Assembly: GCA_963822445.1 (NCBI GenBank)
Contig: CAWGHO010000003.1
Span: 1 to 64,000 of the forward strand
Reading direction: 5' to 3'
DNA: 64,000 nucleotides
From: an uncultured Acidobacteriota bacterium
Lineage (GTDB): Bacteria; Acidobacteriota; Thermoanaerobaculia; Gp7-AA8
The number at the start of each line of letters is the position of its first letter. The stretch's first letter is position 1. Under the pieces are notes generated by a model, which saw only the letters and a list, made by a program, of their open reading frames with translations, was not told where the DNA came from and searched no databases. Position numbers and translations under genes: made by a program. Of this stretch, positions 28,699-38,643 are shown piece after piece.

Positions 28699-30123
28699 TT
28701 GCTTGCAACTGTGACTCGCGTCGATTTCCCGCCTTACTCCCTCACAGAACACCGCACCGGCTCCGGTACGCCGATCGTTCTGCTGCACGGGCTGTCCGGG
28801 TCGTCGCGATGGTGGTCACGGAACCTCGAGGCTCTGGCGAAGCATCACACCGTGGCGACGGTCGATCTCGGACGCTTCGGCCGCCAGCATGTGAGTGAAA
28901 CGATTGCGCTGGTCGCCCGCTGGCTCGAGACCTTCGACCACCCCGTTCATCTCCTCGGCCATTCGATGGGCGGCCTGATCTCGATCGGCGTCGCCGCGGA
29001 ACGGCCCGATCTCGTTCGCTCGCTGATTCTCGTCAGCGCGGTAGGCATGCCGTTCCGCTTCGACCCGCTGTCGCACGTGAAGCCGCTGCCGAAGCCGCCT
29101 TACGGAGGGCCGGGCATCGCCCGCGTGCTCGTTCCCGATTTTTTGCGCACCGGTCCCACTTCGATTGCCATCGCCGGAACGCAAGTGCTGCTGGCGGACA
29201 TCCGCGAGCGCATGCACGCGGTGCGCGTTCCGACGTTGCTGGTGTGGGGCGCGAACGATCCGCTGGTTCCGTTGCGCTATGGGGAAGCGATGCAGGAGGA
29301 GATTGCCGGCTCGCGGCTGGTCGTGATTCCGCGCGCGGCGCACGTGCCGATGTGGGATGCGCCGCATGAGTTCAATCGCGTCGCGCTTTCGTTCATCGAG
29401 GAAGTCGAAGCATCGCCTGCATCTGCGGTGACGTCCTCGGCGTTCGGCTGGGGCCTGTCAGGCTGGACGAACGGGATTGCCCATCGCCAGGCCGGCCGCC
29501 GCCGCGACATCGTGCTTGTGCACGGGCTGGCGATGTCGAGCGCGTACTTTGTCCGCTTCGCGCGCGCTCTCTTCGATCGCGGCTGGAATCCGATCGCGCC
29601 CGACCTCCCCGGCTTCGGCGAGAGCGTCAACGCGCCGGCAACGGGTCCCGACGAGCACGCGCGGATCCTGGCGGAATGGGCGGACGCGCTGGCGATCAGG
29701 AACGCGGTGTGGGTCGGACACTCGATCGGCTGCAACACCGTGGCGCATCTCGCGCGGTTGCGTCCCGATCTCATCCGCGCTGCCGCGTACATCGGACCGC
29801 TCTGGACGATCACCGGCCATCCGCAACTGCGCTTTTTCCCGCGCCTCGCCCTCGACGCGTTCCGCGAGCCGCTCTCGATCTACCGATTCGTGATGCCCGC
29901 GTACTGGCGCACTGGATTGTGGCGTTGGTGGCAAACGTGGCGTCGTTACGTGCCGGATCTGGCGACGTTGCCCCCCACAGACGGCACCATCATCGCGGGA
30001 ACGGACGATCCGCTACCCGACGATGCGCGGGTGACGGTGACGCGCGTGCCCGGCGCGCACGCCTGTCATTTTTCGAATGGGGAGGAAGTGGCGGGGGTGT
30101 TAGAGGTGTGGCGGACGGCGTGA
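28699..30123 (+). CDS. Tandem (double) alpha/beta hydrolase
   Basis: Two domains: LHGL...GHSMGG...AAHVP and VHGL...GHSIGC...GAHAC; start may be GTG at 28711. Confidence 0.8.
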   Translation: MLATVTRVDFPPYSLTEHRTGSGTPIVLLHGLSGSSRWWSRNLEALAKHHTVATVDLGRFGRQHVSETIALVARWLETFDHPVHLLGHSMGGLISIGVAAERPDLVRSLILVSAVGMPFRFDPLSHVKPLPKPPYGGPGIARVLVPDFLRTGPTSIAIAGTQVLLADIRERMHAVRVPTLLVWGANDPLVPLRYGEAMQEEIAGSRLVVIPRAAHVPMWDAPHEFNRVALSFIEEVEASPASAVTSSAFGWGLSGWTNGIAHRQAGRRRDIVLVHGLAMSSAYFVRFARALFDRGWNPIAPDLPGFGESVNAPATGPDEHARILAEWADALAIRNAVWVGHSIGCNTVAHLARLRPDLIRAAAYIGPLWTITGHPQLRFFPRLALDAFREPLSIYRFVMPAYWRTGLWRWWQTWRRYVPDLATLPPTDGTIIAGTDDPLPDDARVTVTRVPGAHACHFSNGEEVAGVLEVWRTA

Positions 30124-30393
30124 GGCGTGCCAGATTGCGAGCACTTCGATTCGATCGTCTGCATTGAGCCGGTAATACACGTAGTACCGCACGCGCTGCA
30201 TCAGCAGGCGACGGACATTGCGCTGCCGTGTACGGGCGATCGAACCGATACCTGCGTTTTCGGCGATTGCGCTGACGACCGCTTCGAAATCGCTCTCAAA
30301 CGCGTCCGGAGCCTTGTCGCGATTTCGTAGCCACCAGTTCATCGCGGCGTTGAACTGCCGACGAGCCCGCGCGGTGACTACGACTGCTCTCAT
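30100..30393 (-). CDS. Type II toxin, RelE/ParE family
   Basis: 97 aa; VRRLLM..VRYYVYYR...IEVLAIWHASR. Confidence 0.85.
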   Translation of the reverse strand: MRAVVVTARARRQFNAAMNWWLRNRDKAPDAFESDFEAVVSAIAENAGIGSIARTRQRNVRRLLMQRVRYYVYYRLNADDRIEVLAIWHASRRPPHL

Positions 30394-30641
30394 CCGCCGT
30401 GTTGCTGTTTGTATCTCGCGGTGATCTCGCGAATCTCACGCAGAACGTCTTCGGCGGGCACGACCTCACCTCGCTCTGCTTCGGCGATGGACTCTTCCAG
30501 TTCAGCTTCCTGCTCGGGCGTGAGGTCAAACTCCTCCTGGTCATCGCCATGCAGGTAAACCGTGACCTCGGCACCTTCAGGCAATTCGAAGTCCTCGACC
30601 TCGATCCGCCCGTTGACGACCTTGCCAGCCATGACGCTCAT
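30390..30641 (-). CDS. Antitoxin paired with the RelE/ParE toxin
   Basis: GKVVNGRIEV...LPEGAEVTV, acidic LTPEQEAELEESIAEAERGEVV; ATGA overlap with the toxin. Confidence 0.8.
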   Translation of the reverse strand: MSVMAGKVVNGRIEVEDFELPEGAEVTVYLHGDDQEEFDLTPEQEAELEESIAEAERGEVVPAEDVLREIREITARYKQQHGG

Positions 30642-33600
30642 GCCGAAATAGTACCTCGGTCCCCCGCGCCGGCCAGCACGCGCGTGAGCCACAGATTCGA
30701 CAACTTCTCGAGCACCGTGTTCTGGCGCAGGCGCGCGCGGAGGTTGAGGAAGTCGACCTCGTCGAGGTGCTGGTCCTGGTTGAAGCAGGAGAAGACGAAC
30801 GATTCCTTGCCCGTGGCCGGATCGACATGGCGCTGCAGGCACTGCGCGCAGACCTGTTTCATCATGCATTGCATCGGCGAGTTGATCGAGCCGATGCCGA
30901 CGTGCTGCGGATTGAGGTGCGGCGCGAGGACGCCGTGGCGGGAGTCGCGGACCGCGCGCATCATGCCGTCCGAGCCGATGGCGATGATGCGCTGAACGTT
31001 GCGGAGATCGAACTGGCGTCGCTCGCTCGCATACCAGAGCATCGACTGGACGATGTTGCCGATGAACGCGAAGTCCTGCGGGCGGCGCGGCTCGATCGGC
31101 TCTCCGGCATCGACCGACCAGACCACCTGGTGCGTTCCGGCCTCGATCTCATCGCGCTTGAAGACATCCGCTTTTTTTTTGTAACCCGCGAAGTAGACGA
31201 CCTTGCAGCCGTTGTCCTTCAGCGCGCGGGCGATCGAGAAAAGGACGGCGTTGCCGAGTCCTCCGCCGGCGAGCAGCACCGTCTCATCCTTTGGAATTTC
31301 GGTGGGCGCGCCGGTCGGTCCCATGAGCACCACCGGCTCGTCTTTCTTCAGCGTCGCGCAGAGCCGCGAGGAACCGCCCATCTCCAGGACGATCACGGAA
31401 AGCAGTCCGCGCTCGACGTCGGTCGATGCACCGGTCAGCGCGATGCCTTCCATCGCCAGCGCTGTTCCGTCGAGCTTCGCGGCGTAGGTCTCGAAGTTCT
31501 GCAAGCGGAAGAACTGGCCGGGGAGGAAATGGCGAGCGGCGAACGGCGCGCGCACGACGACTTCGACGATCGTCGGCGTCAGTCGATTGACTTCATGCAC
31601 GCGGGCGATGAGCCCATCGTCGAGCCGCTCGATGAGCGCGTTCCACTGCGCTTCATCGCCCTGCAGGGTCTGCCCCGCGAACACGTTGACGACGTGCGGA
31701 TAGCCGTACTTCGCCGAGGCCATGGCCTTCACGACGTTGCCGGCGTAGCGCGGGTGGTTGTCGCCGTAGAACGAGATCAGCTTCTCTTTCCGCGCGGGAT
31801 GTTGATACGACGTGAAGAAGCCGCGATTGCGCAACGCTTCGTCGTCTTCGATCAGCTCGTTGTCTGGACCGAGCGAATACGACTGGAAGAACTGCTTCCA
31901 CTTGTCGAGCTTGAACGTCCCCGGATGCTCTTTCTCGTAGATCACGTTCGGGCTCGTGCCGGCGGCGATCATCACCGTCCGCGCGCCGAGCTCCACGATC
32001 TCGCCGGAGTCCTTCCACCGCCCGTCCTCGACGACCTGCTTTTCGAACAGCAGCGACTTCACATGGCCGAATTCATCCGAGACCGCTTCGACCGGCGAGA
32101 GCATCTCCGCGTACGCGATGCCTTCCTCGAAGGCTTTCTCGATCTCTTCGAAGTTGAGTCGATACGCGGGGGAGTCGTTCATCGACTTGCGGTAGGCGAT
32201 GGTGACGCCGCCCCAGCCGCGCACGAGGGGGATGAAGTTCGGCGCTTCGGCCGCGGCCGCGGCTCGCGCGCGTTCTTCGCGCACGGCGCGGCCGTGGCCG
32301 AGGAATTCGTCGAGGATCTGCAGCTCCTCGGCGTCATATCCGGCACGGACGGTTTGCTCGGCGAGATCCGCGCACATCGACTCGTAGCGCTCCAGCACCT
32401 TCTCGACCTGCACCGGGTAGTAGGCGAAGAGCTCCGTGGCCGTGTCGATGGCGGTGAGTCCGCCGCCGATGACGATCGCCGGTAAACGCACCTGCAGGTT
32501 GGCGAGCGAGTTCTTCTTGAACGCGCCGGTGAGCTGCAGGGCCATCAGGAAATCGGAGGCCTGACGCATGCCGCGCACGAGGTTGTTCTTCATGCGCACG
32601 ATGGTCGGCGTGCCCGCGCCCGCGGCGATGGCGATGTGATCGAACCCCAGCTCGTCGAACGCTTCTTCGATGGTGATCGTGCCGCCGAATCGCACGCCGC
32701 CGTAGACGCGCAGGTTGCGTTTGCGCTCGAGGGCGATGCGAATGACTTTCAGGAAGTTCTTGTCCCACCGAACGGTGATGCCGTACTCGGACACGCCGCC
32801 GAAACCCGCCAGCAGACGGTCGTCGAGGTCTTCCCACAACACGCGCGCGTCTTTGATGGGCTCGCGCAGCCAGGCTTCGTCGATCGGTTCGATCTTCAGT
32901 CCGTCGATGGCCACCACGCCGAATCCCTCGTTGGCCAGGTAATGCGCGAGCGTGTATCCCGCCGGTCCAAGTCCAACGACGAGCACGTTCTTGCCGTTGT
33001 ACGGCAGGGCCATGGGCCGCTTCGCGTTGAGCGGGTTCCAGCGCGTCAGCAGCGAGTAGATCTCGAAGCCCCACGGAAGGAAGAGCACGTCCGTCAGCGC
33101 GCCGGTCTCGATCTGGGGGATGTTCACCGGGTCCTGCTTCTGGAAGATGCAGGCGCGCATGCAGTCGTTGCAGATGCGGTGGCCGGTGCCGGGGCACATC
33201 GGGTTGTCGATCATGACCATCGCCAGCGCGGCGATGGCGTCGCCGTCGGCGCGCAGGAAGTTCATCTCCCCGATGCGCTCGTCGAGCGGACAGCCTTCCA
33301 GCGGCATCCCCAACGGATTCGGTTTGAAGGTGTTGTTGGGAAGCTGAAAGCCGCGCGAGCAGGAGTCTTTCTTCCGCTCGTGGCAATAGATGCAGTAGTG
33401 CGACTCGTCGGTGATCTCGCGCGGCGTCATGCGCGCGTCTGTGAGATGAAACGCATCGCGCCGGCGGAAATGATGGTGATCGCCGCCGAATCGCAGCTCG
33501 TCGACAGCCTTGGTCGGCACGAGCTTGTCGAACACCATCGGCCGCGGCAAACGGAACGAGGTCCAGCCCGCGAACGCGCCCGCTTTCCACTGCGCCGCGG

Positions 33601-34258
33601 TCCAGTCGACGAGCAGGTCGACGAGCGCGTGCAACGCCGCGGCTTCGCGCGTCGCCGCTTCGGCGGACGCGACCCGCTCGCGCCGCGCCAGATCGCCGAA
33701 GAGCTTCACGTCGAGATGCTCGCGCAGCTGCTCGAGCGCGGCGTGCGCGTCCGCGGACGGCGAGTACTCCTTCGCGCCGCGCGGGTAGTCGCGCTCCAGA
33801 TCGAGCAGGCGATTGGCTGTCGTCGCCAGCGCGAGCTCGAGATCAGGCTCGTTCGGCGCGACCGTGTGAATCAGCGCGTGTGCCGCGGCGTCGTTTCCGG
33901 CGGTAACGTTCTGAACCTTGGCCACGCGTTTTGTGACGAACTCCCGCTTGAAGCGCGCGACTTCCGTATCTTTCCGCGCCCGATTCTTGAGCGAGGTCAC
34001 GCCGGACTCGACCCGGAAGAGTTGCGCGAGAAACGCGCCGAGCGCGCGGCTTACGGCGATCAGCAGCGCCGATTCTTCCGGTGTGCCAAGGCCGCCGTGC
34101 TCGTCGCCGCCCTGAACCGCGGTCCGATATGCGTCGAAGCGGCGGAAAAGATCGGCATCGTGCTCGTCGACGTAACGATCGAACGCCGCGGAAAGGCGCC
34201 GGAGGCCGGCGTCGGAGTTGAGGTCGTCGTAGGTGAAAGCGTCGATTCCGAGGTTCAT
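30638..34258 (-). CDS. Large FAD/Fe-S oxidoreductase: GltD/NfnB-like region fused to a PyrK/NfnA-like region
   Basis: CIYCH...C...CP and C...C..C...C clusters; VVGLGPAG; IGGGLTAID; YGDN; LMGPTG; GGGLGNA; NSPMQCMMKQVCAQC...FSC. Confidence 0.85.
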   Translation of the reverse strand: MNLGIDAFTYDDLNSDAGLRRLSAAFDRYVDEHDADLFRRFDAYRTAVQGGDEHGGLGTPEESALLIAVSRALGAFLAQLFRVESGVTSLKNRARKDTEVARFKREFVTKRVAKVQNVTAGNDAAAHALIHTVAPNEPDLELALATTANRLLDLERDYPRGAKEYSPSADAHAALEQLREHLDVKLFGDLARRERVASAEAATREAAALHALVDLLVDWTAAQWKAGAFAGWTSFRLPRPMVFDKLVPTKAVDELRFGGDHHHFRRRDAFHLTDARMTPREITDESHYCIYCHERKKDSCSRGFQLPNNTFKPNPLGMPLEGCPLDERIGEMNFLRADGDAIAALAMVMIDNPMCPGTGHRICNDCMRACIFQKQDPVNIPQIETGALTDVLFLPWGFEIYSLLTRWNPLNAKRPMALPYNGKNVLVVGLGPAGYTLAHYLANEGFGVVAIDGLKIEPIDEAWLREPIKDARVLWEDLDDRLLAGFGGVSEYGITVRWDKNFLKVIRIALERKRNLRVYGGVRFGGTITIEEAFDELGFDHIAIAAGAGTPTIVRMKNNLVRGMRQASDFLMALQLTGAFKKNSLANLQVRLPAIVIGGGLTAIDTATELFAYYPVQVEKVLERYESMCADLAEQTVRAGYDAEELQILDEFLGHGRAVREERARAAAAAEAPNFIPLVRGWGGVTIAYRKSMNDSPAYRLNFEEIEKAFEEGIAYAEMLSPVEAVSDEFGHVKSLLFEKQVVEDGRWKDSGEIVELGARTVMIAAGTSPNVIYEKEHPGTFKLDKWKQFFQSYSLGPDNELIEDDEALRNRGFFTSYQHPARKEKLISFYGDNHPRYAGNVVKAMASAKYGYPHVVNVFAGQTLQGDEAQWNALIERLDDGLIARVHEVNRLTPTIVEVVVRAPFAARHFLPGQFFRLQNFETYAAKLDGTALAMEGIALTGASTDVERGLLSVIVLEMGGSSRLCATLKKDEPVVLMGPTGAPTEIPKDETVLLAGGGLGNAVLFSIARALKDNGCKVVYFAGYKKKADVFKRDEIEAGTHQVVWSVDAGEPIEPRRPQDFAFIGNIVQSMLWYASERRQFDLRNVQRIIAIGSDGMMRAVRDSRHGVLAPHLNPQHVGIGSINSPMQCMMKQVCAQCLQRHVDPATGKESFVFSCFNQDQHLDEVDFLNLRARLRQNTVLEKLSNLWLTRVLAGAGDRGTISA

Positions 34259-34707
34259 TTCCGCTTGATGTAGATCACTTTCTGCACCGACGCGTGCACC
34301 ACGCCCTCCGCATCGACGAGGTCGACATTGTAGGTGCGATCGATCGGCGTGCCCGACGCGGTTGCATCACGAATGGCGTTCAGCTCATCGTCATCGAGCT
34401 GGAACGTCGCGAAGAGCGTGTTGCGGCCGGGCTTGCGGAAGCGGATCGTCGCGGCCTTGTCCCAGACGACGTAGTCGCGGCCGAGGAGCTGCATCAGCAT
34501 GATCATGTACATCGGGTCGACCGCGCCGTACATCGAGCCGCCGTAGATCGTCCCGACCGCATTGCGCGAACGGAACGTCAGCGGGAGTTTCACGCGCGCT
34601 TCGCGGAAGTCCGCGGAGATGTACGTGACCCGCGCGCCCGTGCCGCGGTAGGCGGGGAAGAGATTGAACTTCCAGCGCAGGACGCGCGATTTGAAGGATT
34701 CAGGCAT
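34255..34707 (-). CDS. DUF4442 / PaaI-like hotdog-fold thioesterase
   Basis: FNLFPAYRGTG, NAVGTIYGGSMY...DP, VWDKAATIRFRKP. Confidence 0.85.
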   Translation of the reverse strand: MPESFKSRVLRWKFNLFPAYRGTGARVTYISADFREARVKLPLTFRSRNAVGTIYGGSMYGAVDPMYMIMLMQLLGRDYVVWDKAATIRFRKPGRNTLFATFQLDDDELNAIRDATASGTPIDRTYNVDLVDAEGVVHASVQKVIYIKRK

Positions 34708-37700
34708 GGCGTGCGGACCAGATCAGCGATAACGCCGCGAAGACGAACAGCGCAATTCCGTGGGCGATGAGATCGAACCGCTGATTCATCACCAGCACCG
34801 CCGCACTTTGCGCGACCAGGGCGATGAAGACCGCCAGCGGCCAGGCCAGCGGGTTGGCGTCGAGGATATAGCGGCCGATCAGCCAGGTCAGCAACGCGAC
34901 GACCACCGCGCCGATCAGCATCAGCGGCACCTGCGCGTGCGTCGCGGACGGATCGACGCTCGCGCAGAAGACCGCGGCGATCGTGATCAGCGCCGCCCGT
35001 TTCCGCAGAGCGAGTGAGTAGAGCGCAACCGCTCCGGAGACGATCAGCGCGCCGATGATGGCCTGCGATCCCTCGATCAGCGACGGCAGCGGCGTGGCGA
35101 TGACGCCGGGGATGTGGAAGTTGATTCGCGCGGCGGACGGGAAGGCGACGGCCAGCCATTCCAGCGCGCTGTCGACGATCATCACCATCGCCACCGCGGT
35201 GATCGCGGCGATGGCCGCGCTTCTGCCGAATCGCGCGCGTCCTTCACGGCGGATCAGGCTGAGCGCGTAAGGAATCGCCGCTTCCAACCCGGCCAGCGCG
35301 AGGAACAGCAGGCCGCATTGCAGGCCGACGTCGCGGACGAAATCGGTGACGAGCCGGACCTGGAACGTCTCCCAGGCCACGCTCGTGCTGTAGCCGAAGA
35401 GCGTCGATTCGTACCGCGCGATCCACGCCGCGATGGGGATGATCGCCAAGGCCAGCGTCCAGCGCATTGCGCGCCGCGACGGCAGTCCGTGCATGCGCGA
35501 GGCGAGCACGACTCCGGTCACCACCAGCGCGAGCAGCGTGACGGTGCCGATGATCTTCAAGGCGAGCATGACCACGTGCACGAGCGTCTGCGTACCGGCG
35601 TCGCGGCGCACGCTTTCGGGAAGGTGCACATGCTTGTTGAACTGCGTGACCTCGCTGCCCGCGACGCGCACGGTCACGCGGCGATAGGCTTGCACCGCCA
35701 GCGGCGTCCGATCCTCGAAGTGAAACAGCCAGTCCCGCCGCGCCGGCTGTTGAAAACTCAGCGCTTCCTTCAGGTCGAACTGCGCCACGTCCACGCCGTA
35801 CGTCTTGAACGAGGACTGAGCGATCGCAAGCGCCGCGGCCTGCTCGAGCGAAGGGCCGGCATTCCGCTCGTCCTGATACTTGTGAAAGCCGATCGCCCGG
35901 GAGGTGCGCGGGTCGATCTCGACGAAGACTTCTTCCTTCTTCATCGGCGTGAAGAAGCGAACGGTCCACGTGCCCGCTTCGAGACGTTCGCGGAACATGC
36001 GCGTCAGCTCGGGAATCGACGTGCCGTTCTCGACGAGATACGTCGCGGCGACGTCGTCGAAGCCTGCCGGCGCACCGCCGTCCTCGCGCGTCGATTCCCG
36101 ATCCCAGGAGCGGAAACCTTCCACCGGCGTGGCAATGACGTACGAGTACTTTTCGCGGACGTGCTGCGTGGCGATCGCTTTCGCCTTCGCGCCGTCGATG
36201 CGGTAATCGATCGCGTCGTAAACCGACGGAGCGCGGAACACGACCGCCAGCGCGGCGATGATCACCGAGATCACGCAGGCCAGCACCATCCGCCGCGATA
36301 CCGGCATCGGCGGCGGGAACTCCGCCGCGGCCACAGCCACCTCGGGATGCTCCGGCGGTGGCGACGTCGGCATCGCCGCGTTCGTCAGATCGTCATCGGA
36401 GACGAATCCGCGGTTCCGCACGTACAACGCGATCGACGCGATGAGCGGCACGGCAAAGATGAGACTCGCCAACGCGGCCGAGGCGACGTAGTAGGTGTTG
36501 CCGGATGCAAAGAGCAACGTCGCCGTGTAAACCGCGTCGATGGTGTAGTGCCAGATCAGCAGAGGCAGCAATCCGAAGCGATCCATCAGCAGTCCGGCCA
36601 CGATCCCGACCAGCCCCACTTCCACGCCGCGAATCCAGAACGGCTGGTTGGGATACGTCGAGTGTCCGAATCCCCAGATGAAGCCCGCCAGCACGATGGC
36701 GAAGAGCCGCGACCGCACGATCTTCTGGAAAAACGGGATCGAGAAAGCCCGCGACAAAAACTCCTCGGACATCGCCGGAAAGAACCCCGCGAACAGCACC
36801 ATCACCCAGGGGAAAGCGCTGTTCAGCATGTCGTCGTACGGCACTTCCGCCGGTGCCCACGCGCCGGCGCGCCGCGCAGCGAGGTAGAAGACGACCTGAT
36901 AAGCCATGAACAACGGCACCAGCGCGTAGCCGAGGATCATGCCGAGGAAGACGCGCTTCGACGCGAGGGCCTTGCGCGACCAGAGCCGCGGCATGGCCAG
37001 CTGATTCGGCAGACGCTCGCGATACAGCACCTCGCCCGCGCCGCAGATCACGATCAGCAGCATCCCCGTGCCGATGCATTGCAGAACGCCCATGACCCCG
37101 AGTTGCGCCAGGAACGCGGGATACGACGTGGTCGTGTCGTAGTACGCGAACTGCGACGGCATCGAGTTCAACGCCACGCCCGCGGTCAGGAGCATGCCGG
37201 CGAGGCCGATGATCAACAGGAACCGCAGCGGAAGATCGCCGCGGCGCAGGCGAACGATGAACACGACCAGCGCGGCGATCATGGTGATGACGTTGAAGAT
37301 CAGATCGACCGAACCGGCGGCGACGTTCTTCGAGCGCAGCTCGCGATACGAGCGCAACCACGCATCGGGCACTTTCAATCGCTGCGAGTACTCGGTGACG
37401 AGATTGCCGTCGACGGTCACGACGTGCCGGTAGGGCGCGTCAGCGGGGCGGATCGATTTCGACTCGAAGGTGTAGATCCGCTGCAGCCGTTTGGGCAGCG
37501 TGCGCTGGCTTTGATCGAGCAGATTCAGATCGTCGCGCCGTACGCCGATGCGATCGAGAAAGGCCCCCGCCGCACGAAGCGCATCTCCCTCGGCAATCGC
37601 CCGATCCTCGGGCACGACATGGCGGTAGCTGACGACATGGCCGGTCGGTGCGACGTCGACGCTGATCTCTTCCTCGACCAGCGGCTTGAACCAGCGGTGG

Positions 37701-38008
37701 TGCCAGTACCAGACCCGGACCTGATCGCGCATGACCCGGTTGGCGTTCTCGAGTCCGAGGGAGCGTTCGAGGAAGATGCGCGCATAGCCGTCGGATTCGA
37801 AGCTCGCGGCGTGCTTCATCTCCTTCACGTCGATCGGAAGGAGTTTTTCGGCGACGGCCTTCGACGCGTTGCGGTCGTACTTGAAATCGATCGACGCTTC
37901 CGGAAAGGCCGTCGAGAAGTAGCGCGCGACGACGACGATCGACAGCGCCGCGAGAACGAGGCAGACCGCGATCAGCGTCCAGTCGCGGCGATGAAGGCGC
38001 TCGATCAC
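34700..38008 (-). CDS. Large CPBP (Abi/type II CAAX protease) family intramembrane glutamic protease with duplicated architecture
   Basis: SEEFLSR, IWGFGH, IWHYTID motifs; two similar extracytoplasmic domains each followed by a TM bundle. Confidence 0.8.
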   Translation of the reverse strand: MIERLHRRDWTLIAVCLVLAALSIVVVARYFSTAFPEASIDFKYDRNASKAVAEKLLPIDVKEMKHAASFESDGYARIFLERSLGLENANRVMRDQVRVWYWHHRWFKPLVEEEISVDVAPTGHVVSYRHVVPEDRAIAEGDALRAAGAFLDRIGVRRDDLNLLDQSQRTLPKRLQRIYTFESKSIRPADAPYRHVVTVDGNLVTEYSQRLKVPDAWLRSYRELRSKNVAAGSVDLIFNVITMIAALVVFIVRLRRGDLPLRFLLIIGLAGMLLTAGVALNSMPSQFAYYDTTTSYPAFLAQLGVMGVLQCIGTGMLLIVICGAGEVLYRERLPNQLAMPRLWSRKALASKRVFLGMILGYALVPLFMAYQVVFYLAARRAGAWAPAEVPYDDMLNSAFPWVMVLFAGFFPAMSEEFLSRAFSIPFFQKIVRSRLFAIVLAGFIWGFGHSTYPNQPFWIRGVEVGLVGIVAGLLMDRFGLLPLLIWHYTIDAVYTATLLFASGNTYYVASAALASLIFAVPLIASIALYVRNRGFVSDDDLTNAAMPTSPPPEHPEVAVAAAEFPPPMPVSRRMVLACVISVIIAALAVVFRAPSVYDAIDYRIDGAKAKAIATQHVREKYSYVIATPVEGFRSWDRESTREDGGAPAGFDDVAATYLVENGTSIPELTRMFRERLEAGTWTVRFFTPMKKEEVFVEIDPRTSRAIGFHKYQDERNAGPSLEQAAALAIAQSSFKTYGVDVAQFDLKEALSFQQPARRDWLFHFEDRTPLAVQAYRRVTVRVAGSEVTQFNKHVHLPESVRRDAGTQTLVHVVMLALKIIGTVTLLALVVTGVVLASRMHGLPSRRAMRWTLALAIIPIAAWIARYESTLFGYSTSVAWETFQVRLVTDFVRDVGLQCGLLFLALAGLEAAIPYALSLIRREGRARFGRSAAIAAITAVAMVMIVDSALEWLAVAFPSAARINFHIPGVIATPLPSLIEGSQAIIGALIVSGAVALYSLALRKRAALITIAAVFCASVDPSATHAQVPLMLIGAVVVALLTWLIGRYILDANPLAWPLAVFIALVAQSAAVLVMNQRFDLIAHGIALFVFAALSLIWSARHA

Positions 38009-38622
38009 AGAAGGCCGGTCAGAATCAGATCGGCGACCTGCTCGCCCTGCGCGCCGAGGTCGTAGGCCTTCTCGGAGAGGATCCAGGAAGTCACCATCTC
38101 GTCGAGGATTCCGAAGATCGACTTGGCCACGAGCTGCGGGTGCACGTTGCGGCGGAAGCTGCCTTCCTGCTGGCCGTATTCGACGATGCGCCGGATGACG
38201 TTGAGATAGTCCTTGACCTCCTGCTGCGAGAAGAGGCTCATGAACTTGAGGCTGTGGCGGAGCTCGACCTGCGACACGATGGCCAGCGAGCGGTCGCGGC
38301 CGAGGGTCTCCAGGTGATGGCGCACGGCGATGCGCAGCCGGTCGTCGGCGCGATTGACGTTCGCCAGCTGCTGCTCGAGCGAGCGCAGGTAGTTGCGCGT
38401 GTGCTCGCGGAAGATCGTGATGAGCAGATCTTCCTTGCCGTCGAAGTAGAGGTAGATCGTGCCGTCGGCGACGCCCGCGGCCTTGGCGATCTGCGCGACC
38501 TTGGCGTTGAAGTAGCCGAATTCGGCGAAGACGTCGACGGCCGCGCGAAGGATGCGCTCGCGCTTCGACGTGCCGCGAAAGGTGTCAGGTTCGTGAGTTG
38601 TGGGGGAGGGTGTGCGGGCCAT
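38005..38622 (-). CDS. TetR family regulator, similar to Bacillus FadR (YsiA)
   Basis: ILRAAVDVFA..GY...IAKAAGVADGTIYLYF..KEDLLITIF; QVELRHS; FGILDEMVTSW. Confidence 0.85.
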   Translation of the reverse strand: MARTPSPTTHEPDTFRGTSKRERILRAAVDVFAEFGYFNAKVAQIAKAAGVADGTIYLYFDGKEDLLITIFREHTRNYLRSLEQQLANVNRADDRLRIAVRHHLETLGRDRSLAIVSQVELRHSLKFMSLFSQQEVKDYLNVIRRIVEYGQQEGSFRRNVHPQLVAKSIFGILDEMVTSWILSEKAYDLGAQGEQVADLILTGLL

Positions 38623-38626
38623 CGGC

Positions 38627-38643
38627 GAATGAATGCTCATTCA
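38627..38643. promoter_or_regulatory. FadR-box-like palindromic operator
   Basis: GAATGA-ATGC-TCATTC(A) just upstream of the tetR start; TTGACA on the minus strand at 38656-38661. Confidence 0.7.

Noticed and set aside
31172-31180. T9 homopolymer as a phase-variation tract
   Set aside because: Encodes KKK in an intact frame; no evidence of slippage
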